Of a stretch of DNA of 64,000 bases, positions 19,588-29,721 are shown piece by piece. Both the position numbers and the translations under genes were made by a program. The first letter of the stretch is position 1. Each line of letters starts with the position of its first letter. This DNA comes from a bacterium (GTDB lineage Bacteria; Zhuqueibacterota; Zhuqueibacteria; Residuimicrobiales; Krinioviventaceae): NCBI GenBank assembly GCA_963675755.2, contig CAXXMD010000003.1:2176001-2240000 (forward strand), in the 5' to 3' direction. A model generated the notes under the pieces. That model saw nothing but the letters and a program-made list of their open reading frames with translations, ran no database searches and had not been told where the DNA came from.

Positions 19588-21999
19588 ATGTTTCTACACC
19601 GTTTAAAGATCATAACAATGATTTGTGTTTCCATTGTTGTTATGTGGGGTCCGGTTTATGGCAGCGATGTTAATATAGGTATTGTTTTTGATGGACCCTG
19701 GAGCGGTCAGATGGATTTACTTTCCGGAATAAAACAGGAAATTGGTGATTTAACACGAGGAGAATTTAGCATCAGGTATCCGTCTTCTGCAACACTAACC
19801 GGGGAGTGGGACCTGGATAGTATTGATGAGAACCTGAATACACTGTTTGCGAACGACTCGGTTGATATTATTATAACACTGGGATTTATTTCTTCTCAAT
19901 ATGTATGCCATTTGGGCCCGCTTCCCAAACCGGTTATTGCTCCTTTGATTATGGATTCCGGGTTTCAGGAATTACCCTTTGAAACCGGATCGAGTGGTGT
20001 GAAAAATTTGAATTATATCAATGCGCCTTCAACTTTTGAGCGGGATATTAAAATTTTTCAGGAAATAATTCCTTTTAAATATCTGGCAATTTTAATAAAC
20101 CAGAGTTTTGTTGACATGTATCCGGAAGAGTTGGAAGAAGCACGGGACATATTTACAAAACATGGTATAGAAGCCAAATTTGTTGGTATTGGAAAAACTG
20201 TTGGTAAAAAGATTACAGCGTTGTCCCCCTATACACAGGCAGTATATGTGTTACCACTTGCTCAATTACCTGATAGTGAATATGAAATATTGACCGATGA
20301 ATTGATCAAACGCCGTTTACCGTCATTTTCATATGAGGGATCAGTCAGGGTGAGGCAGGGGTGTCTGGTAGGTTTAAACAAGGATGATATTGTAACCCGG
20401 TTGTCTCGTCGCATTGCGTTAAATGTACAGCGGATTATTCTGGGAGATAAACCGGAAAATATACCTGTTGCTATATCCTTTGATCAGCAACTCACATTCA
20501 ACATGACCACAGGTAATGCTATAGATATTTATCCATCATGGGCGGTTATGACTGAAGCTCAGATTATCAAGACTGAAGAAGACACCGAAGAACGTGTTTT
20601 GAATCTGATGAAAACCGTACAAGAGGCTCTGGATGTGAATTTAGACCTGCTTGCAAAAGAAAGATATGTTACCGCGGGTAAAGAAAATATCAGCCTGGCC
20701 CGTGCCAATTTACTACCGCAGATTGATGTTTCTGCAACAGGTTTGCAGATTGATAAAGACCGTGCAAAAAACAGTATGGGCCAGCAGGCAGAACGGACCA
20801 TTACCGGCTCGGTTACCGCTACTCAGGTTTTGTTTTCCGAACCTGCCTGGGCCAATTTGAGTATTCAAAAAGATTTACAAAAGTCCCGTGAAAAGGAATA
20901 TGAACAATTTAAACTGGATATTGTACAGGGTTCGGCTACCGCGTATTTAAATGTTTTACAGGCCAAGGCATATGAACGGATACAACAGGAAAATCTGAAA
21001 CTAACACGTCGTAATTTGGAACTTGCGCGGGTACGTGAAATGGTAGGAAGCGCTGGCCCAGCAGAGGTTTATCGCTGGGAAAGCCAGATTGCATCAAACC
21101 GGAATGCTGTAATATCGGCAAACGCGCAGCGAAATCTTGCCGAGATCGAACTGAACCGGATACTGCATCGTCCCGCGGAAGATGGTTTTGGAACTCTGGA
21201 AGTGGATATTAATGATCCGATTCTGGTATCATCCCATGAAGAGTTGGGAAAATATATTGAAAATAAGCAGGCTTTTCGGATTTTCAGGAGTTTTATGGCA
21301 GAAGAAGCGTTACTCAATTCTCCCGAAATTGCCATGCTTGATGCGGCAATTGCTGCAAATGAACGTCTGTTAAAATCAAATATGAACAAGTTCTTTTTAC
21401 CTACAGTGGCTGTGCAGGCAGAATATGATAATGTGTTTGATCGCAGTGGTGAAGGTACAGATGGTTCTATAGATTTGTCTGCATTGCTGGGAAGAGATTT
21501 TTCTATTTCTCTTGCAGAACCTCAGGATACACAATGGAGTGTGGCGCTGAATGCTTCGTTACCGCTGTTTTCCGGAGGTGCCAGGTTTGCTGAACGCAGA
21601 CAAACCTGGGAAGAGCTGCATCAGCTTAGACTGCAGCGAGATGCTGCTGCAGAGAAAATTGAACAGCGTACAAGATCGTCATTGCATCTGCTGGGTGCAT
21701 CTTATGCTTCTATTAAACAGGCAGGGTTAGCGGCAGAAGCTGCCCGAAAATCTTTGGATGTTGTGCAGGATTCATATTCTCAGGGATTGGTTTCTATAGT
21801 GGAATTGTTGGATGCCCAAAACGCTGCCCTGGTAACTGATCAGGCCGCATCTACGGCGGTTTATGACTTTTTTATAAAGCTGATGGAGACAGAACGTTCG
21901 TTTGGAAATTTTTATTTTTTGATGGATACAAAGGAACGTGATGAACTGATTAAGAAAGCCAATAAATATTTTATGAAAAATGGATTTTATTTTAACTGA
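19588..21999 (+). CDS. TolC family outer-membrane efflux protein fused to an N-terminal periplasmic-binding-protein-like domain
   Basis: C-terminal ~470 aa carry OEP motifs (ARANLLPQIDV, AYLNVLQA, LNASLPLFSGG, YSQGLVSIVELLDAQ). N-terminal ~330 aa are alpha/beta with ILGDKPENIPV..LTFN, as in ABC substrate-binding proteins. AAGGAG RBS before ATG 19588. Confidence 0.85.
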   Translation: MFLHRLKIITMICVSIVVMWGPVYGSDVNIGIVFDGPWSGQMDLLSGIKQEIGDLTRGEFSIRYPSSATLTGEWDLDSIDENLNTLFANDSVDIIITLGFISSQYVCHLGPLPKPVIAPLIMDSGFQELPFETGSSGVKNLNYINAPSTFERDIKIFQEIIPFKYLAILINQSFVDMYPEELEEARDIFTKHGIEAKFVGIGKTVGKKITALSPYTQAVYVLPLAQLPDSEYEILTDELIKRRLPSFSYEGSVRVRQGCLVGLNKDDIVTRLSRRIALNVQRIILGDKPENIPVAISFDQQLTFNMTTGNAIDIYPSWAVMTEAQIIKTEEDTEERVLNLMKTVQEALDVNLDLLAKERYVTAGKENISLARANLLPQIDVSATGLQIDKDRAKNSMGQQAERTITGSVTATQVLFSEPAWANLSIQKDLQKSREKEYEQFKLDIVQGSATAYLNVLQAKAYERIQQENLKLTRRNLELARVREMVGSAGPAEVYRWESQIASNRNAVISANAQRNLAEIELNRILHRPAEDGFGTLEVDINDPILVSSHEELGKYIENKQAFRIFRSFMAEEALLNSPEIAMLDAAIAANERLLKSNMNKFFLPTVAVQAEYDNVFDRSGEGTDGSIDLSALLGRDFSISLAEPQDTQWSVALNASLPLFSGGARFAERRQTWEELHQLRLQRDAAAEKIEQRTRSSLHLLGASYASIKQAGLAAEAARKSLDVVQDSYSQGLVSIVELLDAQNAALVTDQAASTAVYDFFIKLMETERSFGNFYFLMDTKERDELIKKANKYFMKNGFYFN

Positions 22000-22018
22000 T
22001 AAATTGCGTGGAGGAGAA

Positions 22019-23104
22019 ATGACTGTAAAACAAATGTTTGCAGGATTGCTTTTGACAGTATTGATTATAAACGGCTGTGAAAAGCCGGAACCGGAAGCAG
22101 AACTGATTCGTCCGGTCAGGTATACACAGGTTTTTAAATCCGGTGGAGACAGGGTCCGATCATTTACCGGTGTTGCACAATCGGGTGTAGAGTCTTTGCT
22201 CAGTTTCAAAGTTTCCGGAACGGTCAAACGTGTTGCGGTAAATGTTGGTGACACGGTGAACAGGGGCGCATTGATAGCTGAAATTGATCCCAGTGATTAT
22301 GAATTACAGGTGCAGCAGGCAGAAGCGTCCGTTGCACAGGCAGAGGCACAGGCAAGAAACGCAAATGCAGGATATGAACGGGTGCGGGCATTGTACGAGA
22401 ATAATAATGCCTCACGCAGCGATCTGGATGGTGCAAGAGCTGGGAATGAATCTGCAAATGCAGGAGTAAAAACAGCAGAAAAACAGCTTGAGCTTGCCCG
22501 ATTACAGTTGAGCTATACCCGCTTGATTGCACCCGTAAGCGGTGCAATTGCATCAGTGAATTCAGAAGTTAATGAAAATGTACAGGCTGGTTACCCCATT
22601 GTAATGCTAAGTTCGGGTTCTGATATTGAAGTAAAACTATCAGTGCCTGAGGTATTGATTTCTAAAATTAAAGAAGGTGATCCTGTCAAGGTATCTTTTG
22701 ATGCGATTCCCGGTAAAAATTATGAGGCCAGTATTACCGAAGTTGGCGTGTCTGCTGTGGATGCGGGCTCGACGTTTCCGGTGACTGTTCGATTGAGTAA
22801 AACGGATAATGACGTTCGTTCAGGTATGGCTGCAACTGTTGAGATTATGTTTCAGGCTACGAGTGATAAAGATGTCTGTATTGTGCCTACCCATGCAGTG
22901 GTAGAAGACCGTTTTGGCCGCTTTGTTTATATAGTAGAGCCCATAGCTGGTGAAGATGGCTTTGGGACTGTGAAACGCCGCAATGTAACCGTTGGCGATC
23001 TGACAGATGAAGGTATTGAAGTGTATGAAGGATTGGGCGATGGTGAAAATCTCGTAATTGCGGGTGTCAGCCGAATTCATGACGGTTTAAAAGTAAGAAT
23101 ATAA
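22019..23104 (+). CDS. RND efflux periplasmic adaptor (MFP), lipoprotein
   Basis: Lipobox IINGC; LSFKVSG..VNVGDTV; YTRLIAPVSG; GGAGG RBS before ATG 22019. Confidence 0.92.
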   Translation: MTVKQMFAGLLLTVLIINGCEKPEPEAELIRPVRYTQVFKSGGDRVRSFTGVAQSGVESLLSFKVSGTVKRVAVNVGDTVNRGALIAEIDPSDYELQVQQAEASVAQAEAQARNANAGYERVRALYENNNASRSDLDGARAGNESANAGVKTAEKQLELARLQLSYTRLIAPVSGAIASVNSEVNENVQAGYPIVMLSSGSDIEVKLSVPEVLISKIKEGDPVKVSFDAIPGKNYEASITEVGVSAVDAGSTFPVTVRLSKTDNDVRSGMAATVEIMFQATSDKDVCIVPTHAVVEDRFGRFVYIVEPIAGEDGFGTVKRRNVTVGDLTDEGIEVYEGLGDGENLVIAGVSRIHDGLKVRI

Positions 23105-23128
23105 TGGCAGAATGAGGAGATTGATTTT

Positions 23129-26100
23129 ATGAATATAACCCGTGCTGCAATAGAAAAAAACCGTATTACCGCAATACTGCTTGTGGTGGTTTTACTGGCT
23201 GGAATCACAACTTTTAATCATATGCCGCGTGCTGAAGATCCGGGGTTTGTTATCCGCTGGGCATTAGTATCGACTGATTTTCCCGGTGCGAGCCCAGAAC
23301 GTGTGGAGATGCTGGTAACAGACAAGCTTGAAAAAGCAATTCAAGAGATTCCGGAAATTGATTTTATCAGCAGCCAGTCTAGAACTGGAATTTCGCTAAT
23401 TACGGTTGCAATAAAGGAAAATTACACAGAAATGCGTCCCATTTGGGATAATCTGCGGCGTAAAGTGGAAAGGACCAAAAGTCGTGGTGAATTACCCGCT
23501 GGCATTATTGGTCCCCGTGTGAATGATGATTTTGGAGATGTTTACGGCACCATTGTAACGCTCACCGGTGAAGGTTATACTTATGCGGAATTGAAAGAAA
23601 TAGCAGATGACGTGAGAAATGAGCTTTTGCTTTTAAAAGATGTTGCCAAAGTTGGTATTCATGGCGCTCAGGAAGAGCAAATATTTGTTGAATTTAACAA
23701 TGCACGACTGGCCGAGCTGGGTTTGTCCGCATCTCAAATGATTGGTATTATTCAAAGTCAGAATATCATCATGTCCGGTGGAGATGTTAATACAGAGCAG
23801 GAAAAGATAGTTCTTGAGCCCTCTGGCAATTTCGAGTCGGTTGATGATTTGAAAAAAACGTTGATCAACATACCCGGGCAAAACGGATTATTACAGCTCG
23901 GTGATATCGTGAATATTTACCGGGGTTATATAGATCCGCCCCAATCGATTGTACGTTCAAGTGGAACGCCCGCATTGGCGCTTGCAATTAACATGCGTGA
24001 GGGTGGTAATATTATCAACCTGGGTAATGATGTTAAGGAAAAGATTTCTTATCTGCAAACCGTTTATCCCATTGGGATCGAGTTTGAATTTGTGGCATTT
24101 CAACCTTATCATGTAGATAAAAAGATTAAGGATTTTATCAATAACCTGATGCAGGCAGTTGCAATTGTTCTGTTGGTGATGCTGGTTTTCCTGGGAGTGC
24201 GTACGGGGATGATTGTTGCATCCCTAGTTCCCATGGCTATGGTAATGTCGCTGATGGTGATGGGATTTCTCGATATAGGGTTGGACCAGATGTCGCTCGC
24301 TTCATTGATTATTGCTCTGGGCATGCTGGTGGATAATGCCATTGTGATGACTGAATCCATTATGGTCCAAATGAGTGAAGGCAAATCCGTCAAAGATGCT
24401 GCAATTGATTCAGCTTCTGAATTGCGGGTGCCGCTGTTGATATCATCACTGACCACTGCGGCAGCGTTTTTACCGATATTTTTAGCAGAATCGGGTGTGG
24501 GAGAATATACTGCTCCCCTGTTCAAGGTTGTTACCATAACGCTGTTATGTTCATGGGTTTTATCAATTACCATGATCCCGCTGTTTTGCGTTTTATTTTT
24601 AAAAGTGAAGCAAAAGCAAAATGAGGAAAGTTTCAACAGTCGGTTTTATCGGTTCTATCGCGGATTTTTGATTAAAATGCTGAAACACCGTTTTATCACT
24701 ATTATCATTGTGATTGTTGTGTTTTTTGTATCTATGCAGGGATTCCGGTTTTTACCCAATATTTTCTTTCCAGAAGATGACAAGGCTATTTTTACCGCTC
24801 AGATCATATTACCGGAAGGTACCCGTATTGAGAGAACACGTGAAATAGTAGACAGTATAGAAGATTATTTTTATAAAGAACTGGTTGCGGATTCAACAAG
24901 GGCAGAAGGTATTCTTAACTGGTCTACCTATATAGGAGAAGGACCGCCAGCGTTTTTGTTGGGATTCAGTCCTGAGCAGGCGAATCCGGGGTATGCATGT
25001 CTGATTGTGAATGCCACCTCGGGTGGTATATCCATGGATTCCTTGATTGACAAAACCGAGCTGTTCTGTATTGAAAATTTCCCCGAAGTACGCCCCGAGA
25101 TTTCTCGTTTAGAGATGGGGCCACCACCGGATGCGCCGGTAAGTATACGCTTGATGGGCAAAGATCTGGAAAAACTTTATGATCTTTCTGATATTGTGAT
25201 GGGCAAGATGGAAGCCATGGAAGGAACCAAAAATATTCACAATGATTTGGGTTTACGCTCTAAAAAATTGATTGTGAATATTAACCAGGCACGAGCAAAA
25301 CGCGCGGGTGTTTCGAACCAGGATATTGCACTATCATTACAATCCGCATTGACAGGATTAGAGATTACGCAGTTTCGTGAAGACGACAAGATCATTCCTG
25401 TTACCCTGCGTTCGGTAGCCGCAGAACGCCAGGATGTGGGCAAGCTTGAAACGTTGAATGTCTATTCGCAGCAAACCGGCCAGAGCGTACCTTTAAAGCA
25501 AGTGGCAGATTTAAAAGTTGCCTGGGAGCCTTCAAAAATTCTGCGCAGGGATTTGCTCAAGGTGATTACCGTAAAATGTGATGTGACTTCCGGTACAACG
25601 CCTATTGCGATTGCCATGGCGCTTGATGAGTGGCTGCAACAGGAATCCCAAAACTGGGATGTGGGTTACCGGTATGAACTGGGTGGTGAAATGGAAAGCT
25701 CTGTTGAAGCTAATAATTCCATCAATGCCAAATTGCCCATTGCTGGATTGTTGATTGTTCTATTGCTGGTAGGGCAGTTTAATTCCGTCCGTAAACCGCT
25801 GATCATTCTTTTAACCATTCCCCTGGGAATGATTGGAGTTATCATTGGATTGTTGACGCTCCGGTCATATTTTGGATTTATGACATTACTGGGGGTAATA
25901 TCGCTTGCCGGAGTAGTAATAAACAATGCCATTGTGCTGCTTGACCGCATCAGAATAGAGATTGAAGAAAATGGATTAACACCGCAGCGGGCTGTTGTTG
26001 AAGCAGCTCAACGCAGAATGCGCCCCATTTTACTTACAACTGCTACTACGATAGGTGGATTGATTCCATTATATCTGGGTGGCGGGCCCATGTGGGAGCC

Positions 26101-26215
26101 TATGGCCGTGGCAATTATGTTTGGATTGTTGTTTGCGACCTTGTTGACTTTGGGGGTTGTGCCCGTGCTCTATGCCAGTTTTTATAAAGTGAATTATAAA
26201 GAATTTGAGTTCTAA
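23129..26215 (+). CDS. RND efflux permease (AcrB/AcrD/AcrF family)
   Basis: FPGASPERVE, ALGMLVDNAIV, NNAIVLLD, RMRPILLTTATT; 1028 aa. Confidence 0.95.
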   Translation: MNITRAAIEKNRITAILLVVVLLAGITTFNHMPRAEDPGFVIRWALVSTDFPGASPERVEMLVTDKLEKAIQEIPEIDFISSQSRTGISLITVAIKENYTEMRPIWDNLRRKVERTKSRGELPAGIIGPRVNDDFGDVYGTIVTLTGEGYTYAELKEIADDVRNELLLLKDVAKVGIHGAQEEQIFVEFNNARLAELGLSASQMIGIIQSQNIIMSGGDVNTEQEKIVLEPSGNFESVDDLKKTLINIPGQNGLLQLGDIVNIYRGYIDPPQSIVRSSGTPALALAINMREGGNIINLGNDVKEKISYLQTVYPIGIEFEFVAFQPYHVDKKIKDFINNLMQAVAIVLLVMLVFLGVRTGMIVASLVPMAMVMSLMVMGFLDIGLDQMSLASLIIALGMLVDNAIVMTESIMVQMSEGKSVKDAAIDSASELRVPLLISSLTTAAAFLPIFLAESGVGEYTAPLFKVVTITLLCSWVLSITMIPLFCVLFLKVKQKQNEESFNSRFYRFYRGFLIKMLKHRFITIIIVIVVFFVSMQGFRFLPNIFFPEDDKAIFTAQIILPEGTRIERTREIVDSIEDYFYKELVADSTRAEGILNWSTYIGEGPPAFLLGFSPEQANPGYACLIVNATSGGISMDSLIDKTELFCIENFPEVRPEISRLEMGPPPDAPVSIRLMGKDLEKLYDLSDIVMGKMEAMEGTKNIHNDLGLRSKKLIVNINQARAKRAGVSNQDIALSLQSALTGLEITQFREDDKIIPVTLRSVAAERQDVGKLETLNVYSQQTGQSVPLKQVADLKVAWEPSKILRRDLLKVITVKCDVTSGTTPIAIAMALDEWLQQESQNWDVGYRYELGGEMESSVEANNSINAKLPIAGLLIVLLLVGQFNSVRKPLIILLTIPLGMIGVIIGLLTLRSYFGFMTLLGVISLAGVVINNAIVLLDRIRIEIEENGLTPQRAVVEAAQRRMRPILLTTATTIGGLIPLYLGGGPMWEPMAVAIMFGLLFATLLTLGVVPVLYASFYKVNYKEFEF

Positions 26216-26221
26216 CAAGCG

Positions 26222-26250
26222 TTCCCCCGTCTTACAGGCGGGGGAATTTT
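26222..26250. terminator. Intrinsic terminator between convergent genes
   Basis: TTCCCCCGTCT-tac-AGGCGGGGGAA followed by a T-run. Confidence 0.85.
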
Positions 26251-27408
26251 TTATTTTTTCAATTTAAGCAGAAATGCCAGGGGAATAACACCAAGTGAAA
26301 AATAGATTGAAATTCTAAAAGTATGTTCCAGACCAAGCTTGTCACCCATTATACCAATCATCAAAGTAGTCAGTGAATTGATCATAAAGTTTAGTGTCAT
26401 ATAGATACTGTTCACAAAAGCGGGATATTCTGAATCCAGATCCTGGAATATTGCAAGTAAAACCGGACCAAACGCAAACATGAAAAATCCCAATATAATC
26501 AAGGTAGCTATTTGGAAAATACCGCTGGTTTGCATGAATATTAGCATAAAAACCGGGATCGCCAATGCTGCTATAACCAATGTAGCTCTGCGGCCGATTT
26601 TGTCGGAAATGATACCGGAAAACAGCGTTCCTCCGGCACCTGCAAACTGGAATATGGACAGGTAAATACCTGCCATCCAAAGACTGCTGCCGCCTTCGTG
26701 CATAAATGTTGGAAGAAAGGTGATTAATGCGTTTCTGAGAGTACCCCGGAAAAAAGTAATACCGGAAATGAGCAGGAATATGCTGGAATATTGACGTAGT
26801 GTACTCCAGATTTTGACAGAGTTTTGTTTTTCAACTGAAGGTTTTTGGAATTTAATATTTTTAAATTTGAAAAAAAGCATGCCAGAGCAAAACAGACCCA
26901 GGGGAATAAGCTTATAACTGCCTTCCAGTCCCCACCATGATACGGCCCCCAGAATGGTAATGGGGCCCAAAGTCCTGGCCAGTTCACCACCAAGCATGAA
27001 AAAGCTCATACCTTTCCCGGTCTGATTTCCGGAGACCTGGCGAATCATTACCGGTGCAGGAACATGAAACAGAGTTGAGCCAATCCCCATAATGAGCAGC
27101 AGCAATACCAATACCCAATAGTTTGGTGCAACACCCAGCAGACTCATACTGATGGTGGTAATAGCGGGAGCAATGATTACCAGATAACGCAAAGACATGC
27201 GTTCCGCGAGAATTCCCACAATTGGGTTTAACAGCGATGGGATTCGTTGGAAAACAACCAAAAGCCCCACCATACCATAACTTATTCCCAGCTTATCTAT
27301 CAACAGGGGAAGTATCGGTGACAGAAATGAAGAATAGACATCGTGCACCATGTGCGCGAAAGAGATGATGATTACATTACCGGTTTGAAAAGTTGATTTT
27401 TGTTTCAC
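26251..27408 (-). CDS. MFS transporter (Fsr-like)
   Basis: AHMVHDVYSSFLSPILP, GSTLFHVPA, GIISDKIGRR; about 12 hydrophobic segments. Confidence 0.9.
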   Translation of the reverse strand: MKQKSTFQTGNVIIISFAHMVHDVYSSFLSPILPLLIDKLGISYGMVGLLVVFQRIPSLLNPIVGILAERMSLRYLVIIAPAITTISMSLLGVAPNYWVLVLLLLIMGIGSTLFHVPAPVMIRQVSGNQTGKGMSFFMLGGELARTLGPITILGAVSWWGLEGSYKLIPLGLFCSGMLFFKFKNIKFQKPSVEKQNSVKIWSTLRQYSSIFLLISGITFFRGTLRNALITFLPTFMHEGGSSLWMAGIYLSIFQFAGAGGTLFSGIISDKIGRRATLVIAALAIPVFMLIFMQTSGIFQIATLIILGFFMFAFGPVLLAIFQDLDSEYPAFVNSIYMTLNFMINSLTTLMIGIMGDKLGLEHTFRISIYFSLGVIPLAFLLKLKK

Positions 27409-27699
27409 GAGTACATCCTTAATAGTTATTAAAAGATACTAAATTGATTGAAAAAAAACATGAATTAATTTCGCATGAACTGCCTGAATCCTATTCATGG
27501 CAGACTCTTTGCATTAGAGCATGTGATATGAGAAAGGTTATTGAATATTATATAAAGTGATTGTCGTAACGTTCTTTTAAAGTTTTGAAAAACAAAGGGT
27601 TGCAGAGAGGTGTGAGGATGTGAGGGATGGCAAGAGGTTAATTTTACTGTTTACTCTGCACCCCTTTAATTTCAAGATTGTCCGTTCGGGTCGACACTA

Positions 27700-29721
27700 T
27701 TGAAAATGAAGTATTTAAAAAGTTATATATTTGTATCTTTTTTATTGATACTGGCCTGTACACTGCCTCAGGAACCCAAGCTACCGCAGTGGCAGATCAG
27801 ACTGGAGAATATTCCGTTAATGGCTGCTGATACTGTAGTAATAGGTAATGAATTTTCAGACTCTAACCTGGTAACAGATGCTGACAATCTGTATCATTTG
27901 TGGTTTAGTGGTTCTGAGCAAATTGATATAGCAGACCAGTTAAAACTGGAAGCTCTGAATCCTGATCCAATCAATGGTCAGGTAGATGCGGTCAGCGTGA
28001 ACGGGAATCCCGGTCAGTCCATACATGTTCCCTTGTTTGAAGCTTTTCCTGCATTACGTACATTCAACAACACCAACAGTTCAATTCCTTCACAAACCAT
28101 TTTTGTCAGAAAATCTCTGGACCTTGAAAATTTTTATTCAGTGACATTGGCATCCGGAATTATAACGCTCGAAATTACCAATAACCTGGCATTTCCTTTG
28201 GGCAAGCCTATTACGGTTTCTCTATATGACAGGAATACTCAAGAGACAATAAGTGAGATGGTGTTTGAAGAATACATCCCCAATAATGGCGGATCGAAAC
28301 AGGCATCACTTGATCTTGGCGGAGAAACTCTGACCAATGCCCTGGATGTTATTATAAACGGATCGATCAAAGGCACTAGCGGTGAATTGGTAAATATAAC
28401 CGATAATCAGAGTTTTGATGTCGAGGTCTCTATGAGCAATCTTGTTGCTATAGCGGCCGAGGCAAAAATTCCTTCGCAATCTTTTTTTACCACGCATGAA
28501 TTGGATCTTAGTACAGATTCTCTTGTTGTAAATTCTGCCCAAATATCAAGCGGAGTAATCCGGTTTGATATTCAAAGTGAATTTTATCTGCCGGTAAGAT
28601 TAGACCTTACCCTGCCGGGTGTTCTGGACCAGAGTTTTAATCCCTTGCAAAAGCAATTTACGCTTTTATCGCGTTCGTCTGAAGAGGTGAGCATTGATTT
28701 AACGGATAAAGAAATCCATATGAAAAACGGATTGCTTGAACTTCAGGTTGAAACCACGTTGCTGCCCGATGCAGAGGACTATGTACACATTCACGCGGGT
28801 GACAAGTATAACGCGTCAGCCAGTGTTAGTGAATTACGGTTTTCTCAGGTAACCGCCAATGTTAATCTTGCTACAGAATTTCCTCGCATTGAACAGGATG
28901 TGATGGATACGGATGTTGAATTACCGGATATTGAATTTGATGATGCCCGCTTTACGCTTGATTTTAAAAATGTTCCGGCAAATATGTATATTGATTTAAA
29001 TCTTGATGCTCAAAATAATGTGAACGAAACTGCAACTGCCAATTATTCATTCTCCGTCATAGGCGGTAGCGATCGGAAAATCCAGATTTCAAACACGGGC
29101 GTGTTTTTGGATGGTTCTAATATTGGCAGCGGCGGTGGATTGATGGATGTGATTAATATTTTCCCGGAATCGTTTTTGTTTACCGGAAATGCAGGTATAC
29201 GGGATGAATATGCAACCCTGACGGGTGATCCTATAATGATGGATTATCAATTGGATGTGCCTTTTGTATTCAGTGTTCCCGAGAATACCGTACTCACCGG
29301 AGATACCACGGATCTGGATTTTGATGATGATGATCGCGATTTGATAAATAATATTGAAGAGATCAGTCTGGTGTGCAAGGTGAAAAACGGATTATGTCTG
29401 GGTGGCGATTTTCATGTGCGTGTTGCTGATTATCAGACCGCCCGGGATTTGGATATTTCCCAATGGCCGCTGTTGTCCACATTGCATCTTGATGCCGCAG
29501 AACTGGATGCGGATGGAAATCTCTTGAGCATGAGTGAACAGCTGCTAGAGACCGGATTGGACAGCACGCAGATTGATCTGCTTACGGCATCTGATCTGTT
29601 GACCTGGACCGTTGATCTTGATCCGGTGGAAAAGGCGCGATTAAAAAGTACCGATTGTGTGATTCTGGAAAATATTTCATTAAATGGTAACGTGACTGTC
29701 AATAAACCGGAGGACAATTAG
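27700..29721 (+). CDS. Large acidic beta-rich lipoprotein of unknown function
   Basis: Lipobox LLILAC; recurring beta-sandwich-like segments (SGIITLEITNNLAFP; SGVIRFDIQSEFYLP). Start may be ATG 27706. Confidence 0.7.
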   Translation: MKMKYLKSYIFVSFLLILACTLPQEPKLPQWQIRLENIPLMAADTVVIGNEFSDSNLVTDADNLYHLWFSGSEQIDIADQLKLEALNPDPINGQVDAVSVNGNPGQSIHVPLFEAFPALRTFNNTNSSIPSQTIFVRKSLDLENFYSVTLASGIITLEITNNLAFPLGKPITVSLYDRNTQETISEMVFEEYIPNNGGSKQASLDLGGETLTNALDVIINGSIKGTSGELVNITDNQSFDVEVSMSNLVAIAAEAKIPSQSFFTTHELDLSTDSLVVNSAQISSGVIRFDIQSEFYLPVRLDLTLPGVLDQSFNPLQKQFTLLSRSSEEVSIDLTDKEIHMKNGLLELQVETTLLPDAEDYVHIHAGDKYNASASVSELRFSQVTANVNLATEFPRIEQDVMDTDVELPDIEFDDARFTLDFKNVPANMYIDLNLDAQNNVNETATANYSFSVIGGSDRKIQISNTGVFLDGSNIGSGGGLMDVINIFPESFLFTGNAGIRDEYATLTGDPIMMDYQLDVPFVFSVPENTVLTGDTTDLDFDDDDRDLINNIEEISLVCKVKNGLCLGGDFHVRVADYQTARDLDISQWPLLSTLHLDAAELDADGNLLSMSEQLLETGLDSTQIDLLTASDLLTWTVDLDPVEKARLKSTDCVILENISLNGNVTVNKPEDN

